Of a stretch of 9,485 nt of DNA, positions 6,791 through 9,485 are shown in pieces. The stretch's first letter is position 1. The number at the start of each line of letters is the position of its first letter. Source of the DNA: Candidatus Pacearchaeota archaeon (GTDB taxonomy: Archaea > Nanobdellota > Nanobdellia > Pacearchaeales > GW2011-AR1); NCBI GenBank assembly GCA_018304045.1, contig JAGVWZ010000008.1, forward strand, positions 1-9,485, in the 5' to 3' direction. Both the position numbers and the translations under genes were made by a program. The notes beneath the pieces are model-generated. The model was given only the letters and a program-made list of their open reading frames with translations, had not been told where the DNA came from and made no database searches.

Positions 6791-7908
6791 TGTAAATATT
6801 TTATTTCTCCTTTCTCAATTATTGCCTTTTTTAATGGAAATATAATGTTTCTTCCATCAACTTGAATACTTCTAAGAATTCCTTCAAAATCACTATCTTT
6901 TATTTCAATCAAACCTTTCTTTATTTTTTCTCTTGATTCCCCATTTTTTTCAATTATTTGTTTTATCAAATAAATAGTATCATAGCCATTTGCAGCATAA
7001 TGATCAACAACAAGATTAGGATATTTTGTTTTGAATTTTTCTTCAAATTCTCTGGCTTTTATATTGGTTTCTTCGTAAAATATAGGAGCTGAAACATAAA
7101 CCCCTTCTGCAGAGTCTCCTGCAGATCTTCTTGTATCTGGCAAAGCCAGAATCGAACAACCAATTATAGTTGAATTGATATTCATTTCTTTTATCTGCTT
7201 TAAAATATTTGAAGTTTGTGTTGCAAACCCAGCAACAACAATTAATTTAGGATTTTTATTTTTTATTTTTAATAATTGTGTTCTAAATTCACTATTAGAA
7301 GTAGCAAAGGATTCAGATATTATCTCACCCTCAAAGTTTTCCTTAAGATCATTATAAATTGCTTTTCCAAAATCATCATTTTGATAAATAATTCCAACTT
7401 TGCTTAAATTTCTTTCCTTAATCATTTTTATTACTGGTTCATTTTCTTGCTTAGCATAAGGATAAAATCTAAATGAGTATTCATTTCTGGCAATATTAGG
7501 ATCTGCATTAATTATAGCTAATAAAGGTATTTTCTTTTCATAGGCAATAGGTGCAAGTGAATTAGAAACAGCAGTCATTCCAGATACAATAATATTAGGA
7601 TTACTTAGGTCATAAATTTTATTAAATCCACTTATTCCATCATTAGGAACCCCTTTGCTATCTTCAACAGCAAGTTTAATTTGTTTTCCATTAATCCCTC
7701 CATGAGAATTAATTTCTTCTACAGCAATTTCCATACCACCAAGTGTCTGTGGCCCTGTAAATTGTCCAGCCCCTGAAAGTCCAAGAACAGCACCAATAAC
7801 AATATCCCCCTTCTTTGAATTATTATTTGAGTAAATAACAAATCCCATAACAATTAACAATACCAAACCTACAACTAACCATTTATCTTTCTTTTTTAGA
7901 CTAATCAT
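6787..7908 (-). CDS. LivJ/LivK-family amino-acid binding protein, paralog 1 (class A, has the GGING motif), N-terminally membrane-anchored
   Basis: 373-aa ORF with a hydrophobic N-terminal span WLVVGLVLLIVMGFVIY, then IVIGAVLGLSG, EEINSHGGINGKQ, PNIARNEYSFRFY and YQNDDFGKA. ATGA overlap with livH. The SD-like GAGGGGGAT is embedded in the livH 3' end. Confidence 0.84.
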   Translation of the reverse strand: MISLKKKDKWLVVGLVLLIVMGFVIYSNNNSKKGDIVIGAVLGLSGAGQFTGPQTLGGMEIAVEEINSHGGINGKQIKLAVEDSKGVPNDGISGFNKIYDLSNPNIIVSGMTAVSNSLAPIAYEKKIPLLAIINADPNIARNEYSFRFYPYAKQENEPVIKMIKERNLSKVGIIYQNDDFGKAIYNDLKENFEGEIISESFATSNSEFRTQLLKIKNKNPKLIVVAGFATQTSNILKQIKEMNINSTIIGCSILALPDTRRSAGDSAEGVYVSAPIFYEETNIKAREFEEKFKTKYPNLVVDHYAANGYDTIYLIKQIIEKNGESREKIKKGLIEIKDSDFEGILRSIQVDGRNIIFPLKKAIIEKGEIKYLQ

Positions 7909-8789
7909 TTCCTATCCCCCTCTTTCTTCTTTCCTAATATTCCATTAGGCCTAAATAATAAGAATATGAATAATAATATGAATGCAATTGCATCTTTATA
8001 TCCTGAAGGTAAATACCAGATTCCAAAGTTCTCACATAAACCAAGCAAGAAAGCACCAAGTATTGAACCAGGAACACTTCCTATCCCACCAATTATTGCC
8101 GCTGTAAATCCCTTTATAACAAGCCCTGTGCCCATTGTAGGTTCTAGATTCTGTTCCAATGCAACAAGTATTCCAGCAATTCCAGCAATAGCACTTCCAA
8201 TTCCAAAACTCCAATTATATATTTTTTCAGAAGATATTCCAACTATCTCAGCAACATCCTTATTATCAGAAACAGCCCTCATTGCTTTTCCAATTTTAGT
8301 TTTTTTCATTAAAAAAAACAACCCAACTAAAAGAACCAAAGATATTATAATAATATAAATCTGCAATGGAGTTATTACAGCCCCTAAAAAATCAATTCCT
8401 TTTTCAACTTTAATAAAACCAATTGTCTTAACATCTGCTCCAAAAAATATCAAGATCAAACTTTCAATTAATATTAAAAGTCCAAAACTAGCAATCAATA
8501 GAATAATATTACTCGCCTTTCTTTTTCTAAGAGCCCTATAAATAAAAGTATTCATTGCAATTCCAAGTAAAGAACCAAGCATAATTGCAAGCACAGCTGC
8601 AATCCAAAAATTTAAGCCCCAACCTGCAAATAAGAAAAACAACATATAGGCTGAAAATGCAATTGCACTTCCATGGGCAAAATGCACAAATTTACAAGTA
8701 GAATAAATAAGCGAAAACCCGGATGAAACCAGAGCATAAATTGCACCTGCAATTAATCCATTAATTAAAAGTTGTATAAATATTCCCAC
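7905..8789 (-). CDS. livH: Branched-chain/hydrophobic amino-acid ABC transporter permease, LivH/BraD type; first gene of the operon
   Basis: 294-aa multi-span ORF. The start codon is GTG (8787-8789), with GGTGA (8797-8801) 7 nt upstream. The N-terminus FIQLLINGLIAGAIYALVSSGFSLIY and the C-terminal FRPNGILGKK fit the LivH pattern. Confidence 0.87.
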   Translation of the reverse strand: MGIFIQLLINGLIAGAIYALVSSGFSLIYSTCKFVHFAHGSAIAFSAYMLFFLFAGWGLNFWIAAVLAIMLGSLLGIAMNTFIYRALRKRKASNIILLIASFGLLILIESLILIFFGADVKTIGFIKVEKGIDFLGAVITPLQIYIIIISLVLLVGLFFLMKKTKIGKAMRAVSDNKDVAEIVGISSEKIYNWSFGIGSAIAGIAGILVALEQNLEPTMGTGLVIKGFTAAIIGGIGSVPGSILGAFLLGLCENFGIWYLPSGYKDAIAFILLFIFLLFRPNGILGKKKEGDRK

Positions 8790-8796
8790 TATCTTT

Positions 8797-8850
8797 TCAC
8801 CAAATTAAATAGATTTTTCCCGTATATAAATTTAACTTTTTCATTATAAA
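8797..8850 (-). promoter_or_regulatory. Candidate promoter and RBS region of the liv operon
   Basis: On the minus strand, TTTATAATGA (plus coordinates 8841-8850) predicts a transcription start site (TSS) near 8819, giving a ~30-nt leader that contains GGTGA. A second exact TTTATATA (8823-8830) would put the TSS inside the SD. The first 10-mer is identical to plus-strand 9044-9053. Confidence 0.4.
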
Positions 8851-8863
8851 TAATATGATTTAA

Positions 8864-8932
8864 TATCAGAAACTCCTTGCGTTGGAGTTTTTGAGACAGG
8901 AAAAACACGACAAATTTTTCCTGTATCAGAAA
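8864..8932. other. Unassigned structured intergenic element: two perfect hairpins bracketed by a 9-bp direct repeat
   Basis: The direct repeat TATCAGAAA occurs at 8864-8872 and 8924-8932. Hairpin 1 is AAACTCC/GGAGTTT (8870-8876/8884-8890, 7-nt loop), followed by TT, which makes a T5 run. Hairpin 2 is the 10-bp ACAGGAAAAA/TTTTTCCTGT (8896-8905/8915-8924, 9-nt loop). By hand count the 51 nt between the repeats are ~41% G+C, visibly richer than the flanks. Confidence 0.4.
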
Positions 8933-9035
8933 TATTTATTATACATAAGAAACAAACTTGCCATTTTTTATTTGTTTTGAGAAAATATTTACATTAAATA
9001 AACCAAACCAATAGAAAACCTTAAATATAACAAAA

Positions 9036-9073
9036 CATTATGATTTATAATGAATTATAATGAGCAATCATAA
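9036..9073 (+). promoter_or_regulatory. Promoter/operator candidate for the RHH antitoxin gene
   Basis: The tandem 9-mer TTATAATGA at 9045-9053 and 9055-9063 has a 10-bp period. It is nested inside the inverted repeat TTATGAT/ATCATAA (9038-9044/9067-9073). The octamer ATTATAAT (9054-9061) sits at -31..-24 from the ATG at 9085, which has no SD. Confidence 0.45.
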
Positions 9074-9084
9074 ACCTAATAAAA

Positions 9085-9321
9085 ATGGTTCAAAGTATCA
9101 TTGATTTGAGTGAAAGAGAAGATAGGATATTGAATATAGTCAAGGCTAAATTTGGTCTTAAAAATAAAAGTGAAGCTGTTGCTTTAATAGCTAAAATTTA
9201 TGAAGATAGTTTTCTAGAACCTGAATTAAGGCCCGAATATATAGAAAAACTAGAAAAGATAAGAAAAGGAAAATATATTAAGTTTAATTCTATTGATGAT
9301 TTAAGAAAGATGACAAGCTAG
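9085..9321 (+). CDS. Small ribbon-helix-helix (CopG/Arc/MetJ-like) antitoxin-type DNA-binding protein
   Basis: 78-aa ORF. SIIDL is a candidate beta strand, followed by two short helices (EREDRILNIVKAKFGL, NKSEAVALIAKIYED) and then a charged C-terminal tail. From memory it resembles small archaeal DUF2683-like antitoxins; this is unverified. It is followed 20 nt later by a RelE/ParE-like ORF with its own SD. Confidence 0.6.
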   Translation: MVQSIIDLSEREDRILNIVKAKFGLKNKSEAVALIAKIYEDSFLEPELRPEYIEKLEKIRKGKYIKFNSIDDLRKMTS

Positions 9322-9341
9322 TCTTTCAAAAAGAGGATGAA

Positions 9342-9485
9342 ATGTACACATATGAAATAAGTGAAAAACTTAGAGACATTATGCTCAAACTTTCTAAAAA
9401 AGACAGAACTCTCTACGAACAATTACTGAAAAAGATTGATGAAATTGTTAATTCCTATGATATAGATCATTATAAAAAATGGTGA
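9342..9485 (+). CDS. Short ORF resembling only the N-terminal part of a RelE/ParE-family toxin; in-frame TGA on the last 3 nt of the window (truncated toxin or pseudogene?)
   Basis: My own translation gives MYTYEISEKLRDIMLKLSKKDRTLYEQLLKKIDEIVNSYDIDHYKKW*. AAGAGGA (9331-9337) lies 4 nt upstream of the ATG. The pattern of a short beta strand, then KLxKKD...Y..LLKKIDEI...HYK, is typical of RelE/ParE N-termini, but the catalytic beta-sheet core is absent. The ORF is below the ORF-track length cut-off. Confidence 0.45.
   Translation: MYTYEISEKLRDIMLKLSKKDRTLYEQLLKKIDEIVNSYDIDHYKKW

Noticed and set aside
6638-7357. Plus-strand ORFs 6638-6865 and 7175-7357, antisense to binding-protein paralogs 1 and 2
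   Set aside because: These are shadow ORFs. Their Asn-, Ile- and Phe-rich translations are typical of the antisense strand of AT-rich genes.
7966-8358. Plus-strand 130-aa ORF and minus-strand alternative-frame ORF 8032-8214, both inside livH
   Set aside because: The livH frame gives a coherent multi-span permease with family motifs. The antisense ORF is Pro-, Ile- and Ala-rich, mirroring a membrane protein. The alternative-frame ORF is implausibly rich in Trp and Cys.
8797-8844. A 15-codon upstream ORF on the minus strand (MKKLNLYTGKIYLIW*), rich in Leu and Ile, ending 7 nt before the livH GTG; it is tempting to read it as a leader peptide for attenuation of a branched-chain amino-acid operon
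   Set aside because: It has no SD. Its ATG lies inside the best TATA candidate (TTTATAATGA) and so probably upstream of the TSS. No terminator/antiterminator alternative structures lie between it and livH. It has only 5 Leu/Ile codons and no consecutive run of them. Leader-peptide attenuation is also a bacterial mechanism, whereas the signals here look archaeal.
8864-8932. C/D-box sRNA interpretation of the double-hairpin element
   Set aside because: Two CUGA (D-box-like) tetramers occur 60 nt apart on the minus strand, inside the TATCAGAAA repeats. However, there is no RUGAUGA C box or C' box in the required positions.
9483-9485. TGA read as a sense codon (alternative genetic code) to rescue the RelE-like ORF
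   Set aside because: TGA terminates livH and binding-protein paralogs 1 and 2 at ATGA overlap junctions. No long ORF in the window needs TGA read-through. The standard code fits every gene.
1-9485. Scan for tRNA, rRNA, CRISPR arrays, transposases or integrases, and long terminal inverted repeats
   Set aside because: I found no regularly spaced repeats, no cloverleaf-compatible GC-rich ~75-nt segments and no recombinase-like ORFs. The only repeats found are the short promoter/operator repeats and hairpin-associated repeats reported above.

Overview
This is an AT-rich window (roughly 30% G+C by eye), almost filled by one long minus-strand operon (8789 down to 99). The operon encodes a LivHMGF-type hydrophobic/branched-chain amino-acid ABC importer. 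It has one copy each of the two permeases (LivH 7905-8789, LivM 4815-5687) and the two ATPases (LivG 1977-2711, LivF 99-803). Four diverged LivJ/LivK-family binding-protein genes are interleaved among them, giving the order H-K-K-M-[TA]-K-G-K-F. Most junctions are ATGA overlaps or gaps of 0-5 nt. A wHTH-fused minimal nucleotidyltransferase (MNT) plus HEPN toxin-antitoxin pair (3815-4773) sits co-directionally in the middle of the operon. It follows the larger of the operon's two sizeable gaps (41 nt), which holds a TATA-like octamer and a palindrome, and it is translationally coupled to the genes downstream. This embedded TA module is the most unusual aspect of the window. A 295-nt divergent intergenic region (8790-9084) holds promoter-like repeats and an unexplained, relatively GC-rich double hairpin bracketed by 9-bp direct repeats. 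Next comes a plus-strand ribbon-helix-helix antitoxin-like gene (9085-9321). It is followed by a 47-codon ORF resembling only the N-terminus of a RelE/ParE toxin, which ends in an in-frame TGA on the last three bases of the window. I found no rRNA, tRNA, CRISPR array, transposase or integrase. An archaeal origin (an AT-rich methanogen or a DPANN-like lineage) seems likely, based on TATA-like octamers at -31..-24 from start codons lacking a Shine-Dalgarno (SD) sequence, the wHTH-MNT architecture, and binding proteins anchored by a transmembrane (TM) segment with no lipobox. That assignment is inference only. All family assignments rest on motifs read by eye, not on searches.
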